Part shown: positions 24,229-33,587 of the stretch, one piece after another
Layout of the letters: each line of letters starts with the position of its first letter
How positions within the stretch are numbered: position 1 is the first letter of the stretch
Origin: a virus
Direction: 5' to 3' (one strand)
UHGV virus genome: UHGV-0054069
Length of the DNA stretch: 64,000 nucleotides
Made by a program: the position numbers and the translations under genes
The notes under the pieces: model-generated
What the model saw: only the letters and a program-made list of their open reading frames with translations
Databases searched by the model: none
What the model was told of the DNA's origin: nothing

Positions 24229-24774
24229 TTAGAAACGTCCTCTTACTTGTGGAACATAAATGTTGAATACAACGCTGTCATCTTTCGATGGTTTTGACTG
24301 TATTCTAGCAAAAGTTGACTCATCATACAAGTACTCAAAGAAACCCTTATAAGGCAGCTTCACAGTTGCTTCTTCAGTCACTTCACGGATATATGTTTGA
24401 CAAATTGCATCTGCATATGGTAAAGCTTTGATAAGAATACCTGCTCCACCAATTATACAAACATCTTGCTCAATACTACTATCCAGATGTTTTAAGAATG
24501 CCCCAAAAGCGTCTGGGTGAACCTTAGCAAACATTACATCTTCTCTACCAAAATCTATACCTTCATACGGTAATGAGTTTGTCAGAACAAGATTATCACG
24601 GTCTGGTAAAGGTTTACTTCCAAGACTCTTGAAAGTGTCATTACCCATAACTACCAATTGACCTGTAGTAATCTTCTTGAACTCTTGCATATCTTGCTTA
24701 TTACGAGGCCAAGGCATACCAGAGGGGCAACCAAACTCCCCGTTAAGACCGTTTGCAAAAACCAATTTAATCAT
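24229..24774 (-). CDS. dihydrofolate reductase
   Basis: N-terminal DHFR-like motif (KLVFANGLNGEFG...MPW), 181 aa, adjacent to thyA. Confidence 0.75.
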   Translation of the reverse strand: MIKLVFANGLNGEFGCPSGMPWPRNKQDMQEFKKITTGQLVVMGNDTFKSLGSKPLPDRDNLVLTNSLPYEGIDFGREDVMFAKVHPDAFGAFLKHLDSSIEQDVCIIGGAGILIKALPYADAICQTYIREVTEEATVKLPYKGFFEYLYDESTFARIQSKPSKDDSVVFNIYVPQVRGRF

Positions 24775-25043
24775 TGTGTGAACCCTTTTACAATAAACCA
24801 GTTAGCAATATTCTTCACAGTTTTTACTGGATGGAATACTAAGCGTGGTTGTGGTTGATAACTGCCATAAGCCCAGAAAGAGATGATGTTGTCACAATCA
24901 GTGCAACGTGTGTACTCTTCTGCTACGTTCCCTGCCACAATCTCTGTAATCTCACCTTGGAAATTTGTACCCCCACAATGGGGGCATTTTAGAGGTTCAC
25001 CATCTTGGTTGTAGCATTGCTCAAACTTCTCAAAAAGTTTCAT
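24771..25043 (-). CDS. zinc-ribbon protein (hypothetical)
   Basis: CPHCGG ... CTDCDN four-Cys arrangement; 90 aa. Confidence 0.45.
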   Translation of the reverse strand: MKLFEKFEQCYNQDGEPLKCPHCGGTNFQGEITEIVAGNVAEEYTRCTDCDNIISFWAYGSYQPQPRLVFHPVKTVKNIANWFIVKGFTQ

Positions 25044-25561
25044 TTTTTGTTTACCTTAAAAGTTTGCTGGATATCAACTACGAAGTCTAAATCATCACAC
25101 TCACTTGATAGGAAATCTTCAAAGTGTTTTGGTATAAAACTTAGGAAATCCATAGAACCCAAATCACCTACTAAGCGAATGTAATAATCGTTCTCGCAAG
25201 TTGCATTAACTACATGTCGGCCTATGTATGGCTTCACAACCTCTCTGATATCATCTATGAAGATGTTCAAAATAGCTTTGAAGGATTTAGGGTATTGAGT
25301 ACCTTCATACAAGTCAATGCTGGCTTCAGTCTTTACAGAGATTGATTTAGCATCTCTGAACTCGGTTGAGAAAAGATGAGTGGGGAGAATACAAAGTGAA
25401 TCTCCAGTATCTTCATCGACCAACTCAATAGTCCCTGCATCATAGCTAGTTTCAATCAGTATTTCACCCTCTTGTGACTTTTTGGTTTCAAGGTGAGTGG
25501 TGATAATACCTCTCAACATTGATGCTTCTGGGAGCAGTAAGTTGATTCCAATCTTTTGCAT
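25040..25561 (-). CDS. hypothetical protein
   Basis: 173 aa ORF, translationally coupled in - strand operon. Confidence 0.45.
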   Translation of the reverse strand: MQKIGINLLLPEASMLRGIITTHLETKKSQEGEILIETSYDAGTIELVDEDTGDSLCILPTHLFSTEFRDAKSISVKTEASIDLYEGTQYPKSFKAILNIFIDDIREVVKPYIGRHVVNATCENDYYIRLVGDLGSMDFLSFIPKHFEDFLSSECDDLDFVVDIQQTFKVNKK

Positions 25562-25562
25562 G

Positions 25563-26066
25563 TCATACCTCTACAAATGTTTGCTTCACGTTATCGTATG
25601 AGTAGAATTTTATACACTTTTGAGTATTCCAGTCAACCTTTTCTTTGTAAGAGATACCTTTTGAGATTCTCTTACCAAGAGTTTGATAGATGATATCTCG
25701 CAGCTTTCTGTACTCAGGTGCATCATCTAAAACTTTTGCATCTGTAGTTGCCTTGTAACCGTCTATGGAACGTTGATTCCAATCCTGCTGAGTTGGTGAC
25801 ATTGGCTTGTAAAGCTGTGGTAGATGATTGTAAAGCATGTTACCTTCTTCTAAAGCAAGCTTCAGTTGGTGAAGGTACTCATTCAAACGACCATCCTCTT
25901 CAAGCCACTCATACAGAGACTGTAAAGCCCCTAGATTGTTGTTGTAATGGGCAGCACGTTTTACAGAACCCTTGTCAGTACGATAAGGTGACTTTGGAAG
26001 ACTCAGTATCTGACCTTTCAAAACGTTGAATCCAAAGACCAAATCTATTTTCATGGGAAGAGACAT
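25563..26066 (-). CDS. hypothetical protein
   Basis: 167 aa ORF in - strand operon. Confidence 0.45.
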   Translation of the reverse strand: MSLPMKIDLVFGFNVLKGQILSLPKSPYRTDKGSVKRAAHYNNNLGALQSLYEWLEEDGRLNEYLHQLKLALEEGNMLYNHLPQLYKPMSPTQQDWNQRSIDGYKATTDAKVLDDAPEYRKLRDIIYQTLGKRISKGISYKEKVDWNTQKCIKFYSYDNVKQTFVEV

Positions 26067-26416
26067 TTGATATCCTCATTTTTAAAAGTGAATGTTGTGT
26101 AGTTAGTACCATCAACATTTAACCAGATAGCTTTCACAGAAACACCATCAAGGTTGTTGTACAGTTCTTTAACAAACGTATTTCGAACATCATGAGCACA
26201 GGTTGTCTCAAGTTTAATGTTAGAAATGGCTGAACCAATAGTCATGTAGCCAGCTACACGACTCTTCTCAGTATGCTTGATTCTTCCTTCTTGATACATC
26301 TGCTTCAGGACTCCCAAGAGTTCTTCACCAAATGACTTCTCAGCACTCGTCGGTTTCCCGTAGAAACCAAGTGCAAAGTTGTCGTTGAAAATTGCATTCT
26401 TACGTTTCATAATCAA
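26051..26416 (-). CDS. hypothetical protein
   Basis: 121 aa ORF in - strand operon. Confidence 0.45.
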   Translation of the reverse strand: MIMKRKNAIFNDNFALGFYGKPTSAEKSFGEELLGVLKQMYQEGRIKHTEKSRVAGYMTIGSAISNIKLETTCAHDVRNTFVKELYNNLDGVSVKAIWLNVDGTNYTTFTFKNEDIKCLFP

Positions 26417-26712
26417 TCTGCCTTACTTAAGTTGAAGTTTAAACCAAGTTTATCACAAACACTAATCATGTAGTCAAGAGAAACTTTACCGCTACCGTTT
26501 AAGATGTTTGAAACTCTTGCTTGAGAAATCTCACAAATCTTTGCTACCTGAACTTGTGATAGATTGTTTCTTTTCATGTGAATGTGTAGTTTCTCAGAGA
26601 TATAGAACTTCATCTCATCCACATCCATTCCAGCTATGTATGCTTCCATTTCAGACTCTCTATCAGCTTCCCAATCATCTTGGGGTGCATAAGGGTCGAA
26701 GACTTTATTCAT
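26413..26712 (-). CDS. XRE-family helix-turn-helix DNA-binding protein
   Basis: C-terminal HTH signature (LSQVQVAKICEISQARVSNILNG). Confidence 0.55.
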   Translation of the reverse strand: MNKVFDPYAPQDDWEADRESEMEAYIAGMDVDEMKFYISEKLHIHMKRNNLSQVQVAKICEISQARVSNILNGSGKVSLDYMISVCDKLGLNFNLSKAD

Positions 26713-26908
26713 CCTTCTTCCTCCGTTTACGCGAAGTGTCTATTAAGGAATCTATACTGGTTGCTCTTACATTCTCACGAGTCCCGTTGACGAAGTGGTC
26801 TAGAGCCTCTACAACTGTATTAAAATCCTTAGCCCAAACTCTGTAAATAACTACTCCATCGTCGTCAACAACTTCACCATAGTCGATTCTACAGATGTTC
26901 TTTTTCAT
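26705..26908 (-). CDS. hypothetical protein
   Basis: 67 aa ORF overlapping both neighbours. Confidence 0.4.
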   Translation of the reverse strand: MKKNICRIDYGEVVDDDGVVIYRVWAKDFNTVVEALDHFVNGTRENVRATSIDSLIDTSRKRRKKDE

Positions 26909-27285
26909 TGTGGCAGACCCATGCAGTGACGGTTGATGATAAAGTACTCAAACCCATCTAAAACAGACTGTGTAACACGTTCTTCTACAGCTTTAGTTTC
27001 AGAAATCTGTTCAGAACTTAGCACATCAATATTCTCAGAAACCATCATATCAGCCACATCGTTGTAGTAACCACCCATAGTGTGGTAGATGAGGTCAGTT
27101 GTACGGTCTGTCATTTCCTGAAAAGTTTCTTGAGTGATTGGTTTAGTTAACTCTCCAGACTTAGAAACAATCTTTTGAGAAAGCTCACAAGACTCCAGTT
27201 TAACTTTACCGTAGTCCACATTTGGCATTACTGCATAAGCATTGAAGCTTAGTGCTGCAAAGAGACATAGTGCAATCTTTTTCAT
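26905..27285 (-). CDS. secreted/periplasmic protein (signal peptide)
   Basis: Likely start MKKIALCLFAALSFNAYA (signal peptide, AYA cleavage-type site) with GGAGGT RBS; track start 27360 is probably too far upstream. Confidence 0.5.
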   Translation of the reverse strand: MKKIALCLFAALSFNAYAVMPNVDYGKVKLESCELSQKIVSKSGELTKPITQETFQEMTDRTTDLIYHTMGGYYNDVADMMVSENIDVLSSEQISETKAVEERVTQSVLDGFEYFIINRHCMGLPQ

Positions 27286-27337
27286 AATTACCTCCAAACT
27301 AACTAGTGGGTTCCTATATAATATCTTGTATATTGCT

Positions 27338-27365
27338 AGTATACCCACTAAGAATCTCATGTCAA
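27338..27365 (-). promoter_or_regulatory. sigma70-type promoter (minus strand) with overlapping 8-bp inverted repeat (27304-27311 / 27341-27348)
   Basis: Minus-strand TTGACA-N16-TATACT; inverted repeat TAGTGGGT/ACCCACTA spans the -10 and +1 region. Confidence 0.45.
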
Positions 27366-27442
27366 CAACTTTCTACATGTATAACCAAGAGAAAAATAAG
27401 ATACCGATAATCACTACTGCAATTGCAATCCCCATAGTGTAA

Positions 27443-28543
27443 TCACTCATAATCTCTAATAACAAGCCCAACAGGGAACTGTAAAGACCCCTTACGAGTC
27501 ATCTTCTGGAACTGAACCGTCAGAGGTTTACCGATAAACTCTTCAGGATGTTCAGCAAGATACTTCTTCTTCTCATGGGTAGTTTTCCATGAAACATCTA
27601 CAAAGATGTTAGGAAGAGTCTCTACAACGAACTTACCATGCCCCCGCTTATCAGTCTTCACACCAGTAACTTTAAACTCCTCTGTGTGCATCTTCTTGTG
27701 TTTAATCAGGAAGTATGAACGGTGACCACACTCATAGAAGGATTCTGGGGAGATTGAACGGTACATTGCCCCTTCAAACTTCAGCTTAACCCAATTATCA
27801 TGTGCTTTGTCGAACTCTTCCCAAGAATTAACACGGATAGTCTGTACAGGAACAACCCTGCAAGCTTCACCAAGTTCAACAAGAGGTGAATTGTCAATAA
27901 CTTCACGACGCTCAGGCCAAGACTTGGTATTATCACAGATATCATACCAGTAGAACTTAAGAAGGTGACGGTCTGGATTGTCAGTATTCTTAATCATGGA
28001 TACAATATCCTCTAAGTCCCAACCATGAGCGTAAATCTCACCATCAAAATCTTCAACTTGTGGGTGACACTTCAGCATTAGTAACAAATCTGGGATTAGC
28101 TCTGCTGGTACATTATAAACAGTGTTTTCACGAGAATAAGCCGTGAAGCTTACTGTATCAACATCTCTTGAAATCCTGCAACGAACACCATCAAGTTTAG
28201 GTTGAGCGTCAGCAGGGAAATTCAGGTATTTTGCGTGACTAATCTTTACAGCATCGTGAGCAAGCTGTACACCAACCTTTTCAACGTTCTCTGCTTCAGA
28301 CTTTGTGTAAGCATAACCTTTACGGTCTACTTGCTTCTTGTACTTTGCAGAAACTTCAAAGAGAGCTTGCTGTTCAGCGTTACGCTCATTCTTTTTACCG
28401 ATGTTCTTCGGTTCTGCTGTGTACTCTTCAAACATCATTTTGCCGTTCTCTTTACCGTAAGTGGTAACCACCTTGTCACCTACAGCAACACACGACCAAA
28501 CGTTAAAGGAACCATCTTTGTTTTGTTTGTACAGAATTGTCAT
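27443..28543 (-). CDS. ATP-dependent DNA ligase
   Basis: Adenylation motif KLDG (PKLDGVRC), 366 aa, T7-ligase-like size. Confidence 0.75.
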   Translation of the reverse strand: MTILYKQNKDGSFNVWSCVAVGDKVVTTYGKENGKMMFEEYTAEPKNIGKKNERNAEQQALFEVSAKYKKQVDRKGYAYTKSEAENVEKVGVQLAHDAVKISHAKYLNFPADAQPKLDGVRCRISRDVDTVSFTAYSRENTVYNVPAELIPDLLLMLKCHPQVEDFDGEIYAHGWDLEDIVSMIKNTDNPDRHLLKFYWYDICDNTKSWPERREVIDNSPLVELGEACRVVPVQTIRVNSWEEFDKAHDNWVKLKFEGAMYRSISPESFYECGHRSYFLIKHKKMHTEEFKVTGVKTDKRGHGKFVVETLPNIFVDVSWKTTHEKKKYLAEHPEEFIGKPLTVQFQKMTRKGSLQFPVGLVIRDYE

Positions 28544-29078
28544 TTGTCTTTCTCTCCCACACCTTTTTTAATTTTTCAACAGAAACAATGTTTCCAGATT
28601 GAGTCATCGCATTTCCAGACAAAGAGAAGAAACTCTCTGGGAATGGTAATTCTAACTTAGAATAAAAATCATAGTAAGAACCACCTGACTCTCTGTATGC
28701 AATCTTCAGACTACCATTATGTCTATACGAAAATAAGACAAGAGAACCGTCTGGGTATTTTAAGCATTTTCCAAATTGTTTCTTGTACAAGTAGTCAGCA
28801 AAATCAATGTATAAATCCTTTAAATACTCAGAGACATTCTCAACTTGTCTTACACCGAGATTTTTGCAAATATGTTCGTATTTTAGATAATCAAACCTAT
28901 ATGGTGTTGCTCCAGTTTCATGTAAGAATTTTAGTACAGCGAGTTTTACAGGTTGATACATTAATGGGTTTGAGTATTGCCTTTTCTTCTCTTGATACCA
29001 AGGTATTGAGTAGCTTTGATAGGCCATTCTCAGGTTACTGTAAGACTCTCTAAATCTATCCTCTTCACTCATTTTCAT
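28503..29078 (-). CDS. hypothetical protein
   Basis: 191 aa, Tyr-rich; RBS aaaggg upstream. Confidence 0.45.
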   Translation of the reverse strand: MKMSEEDRFRESYSNLRMAYQSYSIPWYQEKKRQYSNPLMYQPVKLAVLKFLHETGATPYRFDYLKYEHICKNLGVRQVENVSEYLKDLYIDFADYLYKKQFGKCLKYPDGSLVLFSYRHNGSLKIAYRESGGSYYDFYSKLELPFPESFFSLSGNAMTQSGNIVSVEKLKKVWERKTNDNSVQTKQRWFL

Positions 29079-29277
29079 TACCCTTTTAAGTAAACGCGTA
29101 CAACTTGTTTGTCGTTGTCAGTCTCAAACTTATGTGTGACTCTTTCGACTTCATAGCACCACCCATCAACCTCAACAGTCTCCTCCCTTTCGTGGGATAA
29201 CTGGATTACGTTGTGCTACGGTCTCATTTTGAAGGATGATTATGTGGTTGTGAATGAAATTTACCAGTACTCTTATT

Positions 29278-29523
29278 TCAATACCCTTCATCAATAACTG
29301 TTACACTTTGAGTGCTACTTCTACCAACTTTAGAGGTAGTTGTAGTTTGTGAATTTGGACAACGAACAACTACCAAGTCTCTATTAATCATGGAACCATT
29401 CAGACGATAGATTGAGCAATCCTTCATCTCTGGAGGAAGTGTGTAACTCCCTTCTTTGTTATCGTAGCTTGGGTTACAGCCAGTTATAAAGAGCACTCCA
29501 AGTGCAATGATTGTTTTCCACAT
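29278..29523 (-). CDS. lipoprotein (signal peptide + lipobox ITGC)
   Basis: MWKTIIALGVLFITGC: n-region, hydrophobic core, lipobox with Cys; Asn at +2; short mature domain with 2 further Cys. Confidence 0.55.
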   Translation of the reverse strand: MWKTIIALGVLFITGCNPSYDNKEGSYTLPPEMKDCSIYRLNGSMINRDLVVVRCPNSQTTTTSKVGRSSTQSVTVIDEGY

Positions 29524-29741
29524 AGTTGTTTTCCTTTTTCACAGTTTTCTTCGTAACCTTCTTGGACGGTCTTGTAAAGTTCATTGAAAGTTTCTTCTTT
29601 CACTGGCTTTACAGATTTTGTTTTACATAAGTCCAAGTACCATTGATAATCTAATCCACGACACCACGCTTCAGACACAAAAGAAATCTGAGGGTTTATG
29701 TGTCGGATTATTGATAAACCAGCCTCTTCTTTACTGCTCAT
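29484..29741 (-). CDS. hypothetical protein
   Basis: Start chosen at MSSKEE with GGAG RBS; Cys-rich. Confidence 0.4.
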   Translation of the reverse strand: MSSKEEAGLSIIRHINPQISFVSEAWCRGLDYQWYLDLCKTKSVKPVKEETFNELYKTVQEGYEENCEKGKQLCGKQSLHLECSL

Positions 29742-29946
29742 TTTGATTTCTCCAAAACTCAATGTCAATAAGTTCCTGTGCAATGCTTCTCATGTTACCT
29801 TTCAAGAAAACCTTTTCAGAGTTAGGTAGGCTTGCATTATCAATGAGTCTATTCATTCTGTCAAAAAGAGTTTTCTTCCGATTCTTGATAGTCTCTTTTG
29901 AAGCCCCTTGCATCATGGCGAGATGGGTTCTTCCACGGTGACTCAT
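29731..29946 (-). CDS. hypothetical protein
   Basis: 71 aa basic ORF. Confidence 0.4.
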   Translation of the reverse strand: MSHRGRTHLAMMQGASKETIKNRKKTLFDRMNRLIDNASLPNSEKVFLKGNMRSIAQELIDIEFWRNQNEQ

Positions 29947-30143
29947 AGATGCTCCCCTTTAAGGTAACCTGTTTTATCCTTGATAATCTTGCCTCCAGCA
30001 ATAAAAATATCAACCTTGTAAAGATTTTCATTAGAAATCTTGAGGTGTTTATGGCTACTACAAATAATGATGCACATGGACTCAATCTCACTTTGCGAGT
30101 ATCCAGCACATTGCAGTTGAACTTCAATTTCTGAAATAGTCAT
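29943..30143 (-). CDS. hypothetical protein
   Basis: 66 aa ORF with RBS (ggagac) and upstream promoter-like element. Confidence 0.4.
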   Translation of the reverse strand: MTISEIEVQLQCAGYSQSEIESMCIIICSSHKHLKISNENLYKVDIFIAGGKIIKDKTGYLKGEHL

Positions 30144-30170
30144 ATAAGTCTCCTATACAATATATAGTAT

Positions 30171-30199
30171 ATGGTACTCTTCCATGAGCACCTTGTCAA
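30171..30199 (-). promoter_or_regulatory. candidate sigma70-type promoter (minus strand)
   Basis: Minus-strand TTGACA-N17-TACCAT just downstream of DNA polymerase stop. Confidence 0.3.
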
Positions 30200-30204
30200 C
30201 ACTA

Positions 30205-32904
30205 TTAGTGGACTTCAAGCCACGATTTACCAACCTTACCAGTACCCGTTACCAAAGTATCCTTCTTCAGTCCCAAGTTTTTAGAAGCTTGACCATAATA
30301 CCAGTCAGTTACTGCCTTAACTTCTGCTGTCATGCTTTCTGGACATTCCCAGCTTGTTTCGTCGTGGTAAGCACAAAGTAAACGAGCACCGATAGCTGGC
30401 TTACGACCATTTAGTTTCATCAAACCTTCATCAATCATACGACGACAAGCAAGGTTTATTGCTTCATTCTGAACTTGTGCTTCTGAACCCATCAACAGAT
30501 AGTTCAAGAGTTTGTGTGGAGATTTACACCACAACCACGCCCCAGCAACCTGAACAAATCCACCTTTAGCAATTGCAGCAGTTTTACCAAAGACCTCTTC
30601 AAGAGCTTTCTTAGTTGCTTTAAAGTCAGCTTCTAAGTTATCAATCAGTTTCTTAATCTTCGGCAAACGAACAAAGTAAGTCTGCTTAGTCAATGCACCT
30701 TCTTGAGTAGTTGAAGCTTTGATGGTCTTAGCAAACTTCTCATCACCCGCACCGAACAGCAGTGCATAGATACCGTTTTTAGCTTTTTTACGACCCTTAC
30801 TAATCTCGTGAAGAAGATTCTCATCCTGAGTCATACGACAAGTCAAGATATCCTGCTCATCATTCAAGCTGAAGTAAATACTGTTCAGTGTGTGAGCATC
30901 AGTGCCTGAATAGACTACGTACAAGTCGTTTTCAGAGTCATAACGCAGATACTTGTCAACTTCTGGGTTAAGGTATTCGTCGAAGTGTTTGCAGTAATAA
31001 CGACCATCTTCTTGACGAATAAACTCAATTTCTTCCTTACCTTCTGTTACTGCTTTGGTGAACTCTTTATCACCCATAAAGTTACACAGTAACACAAGCT
31101 GTGCAGAGTTCATATCAACGGATACTACGTTGGTTCCTTCTTCACAAATCCAGACTGCCCTCATTGGTTCCCCGTAAACAGCAGCCCCAGAAGGTACGTT
31201 CACAATACCATACTGTGTCATACGACCAGTTGAAGTACCAAACACCATTGCACCAGCACTCAAGCGACCATCTGGACGAATCTGGTTTAACCAACCTTTC
31301 TCGTCATCTTTTGAGTTCTCAATAGTTCTACGTCGGTGCATCAAAGTATAGTACTTCGCAATCTTTTGTCCAAGTTCACCTTCAATGGTGTCATAAGAAG
31401 ATTCAGTAAGTTTAGGTGAAGTACGAATCAAGCAAGGCTCAAGCAAATCTGTGTACTTCCTAACAGACCAGTTATGCTCAATGTAATGAACCCCTTCATG
31501 CTCAATGTAGTTCAATCCACAACGTTCAACCATCTCATCCCACTTAGGATGTTTACGAATCATCTTCTTATTATCTTTGAAGCGACATACCTTGATTGGA
31601 CGGTTATCAGAATCCTTTTTGTAGTTCCAATCATCAGGAATCCAGCCAACAGATTTCAAGTATTCCTTCACCACTGCAACCTGAGTCATACGTGAAACTT
31701 CAAACTCAATTGGTGTATAAGGTGCATCAACAAGACCTGTGTAACGGCTTGACTCCATTTCAAAGTGATTTACTACGTGGTTATTGTAGTACTTCACAGT
31801 TTTAACTGTCTTAACTGGCTTCCAATCCTTACACTTCTTGCCAGCCTTAGCATTCAACTCATTGCAGATTGCACGAGCATCTTTCATTGCTACAAAACCT
31901 TCCCTGTACTCTTCACCAGTGACAGTGTTAGTTGGAGTGTAGCAATTACGTTTCTCAATGTTGAAAATCTTTGTAGTTGGTTTCCCATATGGCTTGATAG
32001 GGTACGTCTTCAGTTCCCCTTCACGCATCTGCTCACGATACTTTGTCTTTGGATACTTTGTGATACGTTTCAAACCATCTACATGACCAAATGTTTCAAC
32101 ATACTCATTCCATGCCTTGGCAAACTCTTCACCAGTTACTTTACCTTTCGTCTTAATAGTCGGAGGTAAGAACGGTTCAACTTCAGAGGCTAACTCAGAA
32201 GTCATCTTATCCAGTTCTTCTACACAGGACTTCATAAGGTCAATGTTAGCTTTCCAACCATTAATAGCTTGTTGACTCATCCAGAAAGAAGTCTCTTTAG
32301 CTCGCATGTAGGTTTCGTAAGTATCTACACCACACTTCTTAAGCTTAAGGTATTCATTATCCATAGCACGTTTTGCTTTGGCGTTGATTCGAATATCCTC
32401 AACAACACGGTTAAGAATATCAGCGTTCCACACACCCCACTCTTCAATCTCTGGTTTACGAACACCAACACGAGCACCCCATGCAGCCAAGCCATGAGCA
32501 CCTTTGTAACCTTTTGGTGTAGGTCTATCCATCCACTGCACACGAGATTGTATAAGTGAATCCTGAAAGAAGTCACTCCAAGGTTTACACTTAGGATTAT
32601 CAAAGTTCCACAGGTCAGGTGCAATATGGTTGAACACCCACCAGTCATAACCAAGACCATTGTGGATACAAAGGCGTTTGGCTTTCAATGCAAACTCCAC
32701 ACCTTCACGCAAACCACCTTTGATGTATTTTGTATACTTGTGACCAAGGATAGGCTCATCAGTGAAAACCCACACAGCAGGTTCATCACTATCATCTTTG
32801 TAATCTGCGAATGCCATAACGTGAGCTTTTGTAAACTCAAGCAGCAACCCGTCAGTTTCTGTATCACCAACCAAATGTAAGTTTTCAAAATCTACATTGT
32901 TCAT
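30205..32904 (-). CDS. DNA polymerase, family A, with 3'-5' exonuclease domain
   Basis: Exo I motif DTETDGL near N-terminus; pol motif B-like K..IYALLFGAG and motif C-like YHDE near C-terminus; 899 aa. Confidence 0.85.
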   Translation of the reverse strand: MNNVDFENLHLVGDTETDGLLLEFTKAHVMAFADYKDDSDEPAVWVFTDEPILGHKYTKYIKGGLREGVEFALKAKRLCIHNGLGYDWWVFNHIAPDLWNFDNPKCKPWSDFFQDSLIQSRVQWMDRPTPKGYKGAHGLAAWGARVGVRKPEIEEWGVWNADILNRVVEDIRINAKAKRAMDNEYLKLKKCGVDTYETYMRAKETSFWMSQQAINGWKANIDLMKSCVEELDKMTSELASEVEPFLPPTIKTKGKVTGEEFAKAWNEYVETFGHVDGLKRITKYPKTKYREQMREGELKTYPIKPYGKPTTKIFNIEKRNCYTPTNTVTGEEYREGFVAMKDARAICNELNAKAGKKCKDWKPVKTVKTVKYYNNHVVNHFEMESSRYTGLVDAPYTPIEFEVSRMTQVAVVKEYLKSVGWIPDDWNYKKDSDNRPIKVCRFKDNKKMIRKHPKWDEMVERCGLNYIEHEGVHYIEHNWSVRKYTDLLEPCLIRTSPKLTESSYDTIEGELGQKIAKYYTLMHRRRTIENSKDDEKGWLNQIRPDGRLSAGAMVFGTSTGRMTQYGIVNVPSGAAVYGEPMRAVWICEEGTNVVSVDMNSAQLVLLCNFMGDKEFTKAVTEGKEEIEFIRQEDGRYYCKHFDEYLNPEVDKYLRYDSENDLYVVYSGTDAHTLNSIYFSLNDEQDILTCRMTQDENLLHEISKGRKKAKNGIYALLFGAGDEKFAKTIKASTTQEGALTKQTYFVRLPKIKKLIDNLEADFKATKKALEEVFGKTAAIAKGGFVQVAGAWLWCKSPHKLLNYLLMGSEAQVQNEAINLACRRMIDEGLMKLNGRKPAIGARLLCAYHDETSWECPESMTAEVKAVTDWYYGQASKNLGLKKDTLVTGTGKVGKSWLEVH

Positions 32905-32965
32905 TTTAACTCCCTCTCAAATCATACTGCTTAACACCCTACTCCAATTTTTATGAAAAAGCAAG

Positions 32966-32994
32966 TTGACAAAGCACTTGACAAGGTGTTAATC
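32966..32994 (+). promoter_or_regulatory. candidate promoter in divergent control region (tandem TTGACA elements at 32966 and 32978)
   Basis: TTGACA-N17-TTAATC; second TTGACA 12 bp downstream; region lies between divergent pol gene and + strand early genes. Confidence 0.3.
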
Positions 32995-33163
32995 TTTGCG
33001 GAGTGGGTTTTATCTTAATAGACTCTCTTTACAGGTTAACTATACAGATTCTTTAAAACCCTTAAAAGATTTTTAATAGCCTTTTAAAAGCTTTAAAGTT
33101 ATACGTATAGAATACGTAAAGATAAGAGATTAAAATCTTTATAGAAACTTAGTAGAGGCAATT

Positions 33164-33586
33164 ATGCAGAGGATGTACATTCACCCAGATATACAAAACT
33201 TCATTGATGCTTTAGAGAAACTTGAAAGGCTTGACTTAGAAGCACAGAAGGAATATGCTTTCCATCATCGACGTATGGTTGATGTGCAGCATGAGATAGA
33301 GTTGTCAGAAGGGTACGACGATAAGATGAAGTGTTCAGTCTTTGAGCACATGAAAGAGATATCTTCAGAAAGACGTAAAGCAAAAGATACTATCTTTTTG
33401 ATAGATACCTTAAAAAATAAGTTGCAAAATGGAACGGATTTAGATAGTCTATCACAACTGCTTCAGGATGCAGAGAATACATGGGACAGGAATTACTTCC
33501 CAAGGTCTGAAAAAGGACTTGACTTCTCTTCACAAGAAAGCTTAAGATTATCACGACTAACTATTAACAAAATGAGAGAGAATTAA
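33164..33586 (+). CDS. hypothetical protein
   Basis: 140 aa ORF, first + strand gene after divergent region. Confidence 0.45.
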   Translation: MQRMYIHPDIQNFIDALEKLERLDLEAQKEYAFHHRRMVDVQHEIELSEGYDDKMKCSVFEHMKEISSERRKAKDTIFLIDTLKNKLQNGTDLDSLSQLLQDAENTWDRNYFPRSEKGLDFSSQESLRLSRLTINKMREN

Positions 33587-33587
33587 T

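Noticed and set aside
26413-26908. Toxin-antitoxin pair interpretation of the 67-aa protein plus XRE-HTH protein
   Set aside because: The small protein shows no recognisable toxin motif and the pair sits inside a longer co-directional operon under one promoter; a phage transcriptional regulator is simpler. Kept as low-priority.
29079-29277. Possible tRNA or small RNA gene in the 200-bp gap between the lipoprotein gene and the next gene
   Set aside because: No T-arm-like GTTCRANYC box or cloverleaf-compatible pairing seen on either strand; only a weak 26-codon ORF. Left unannotated.
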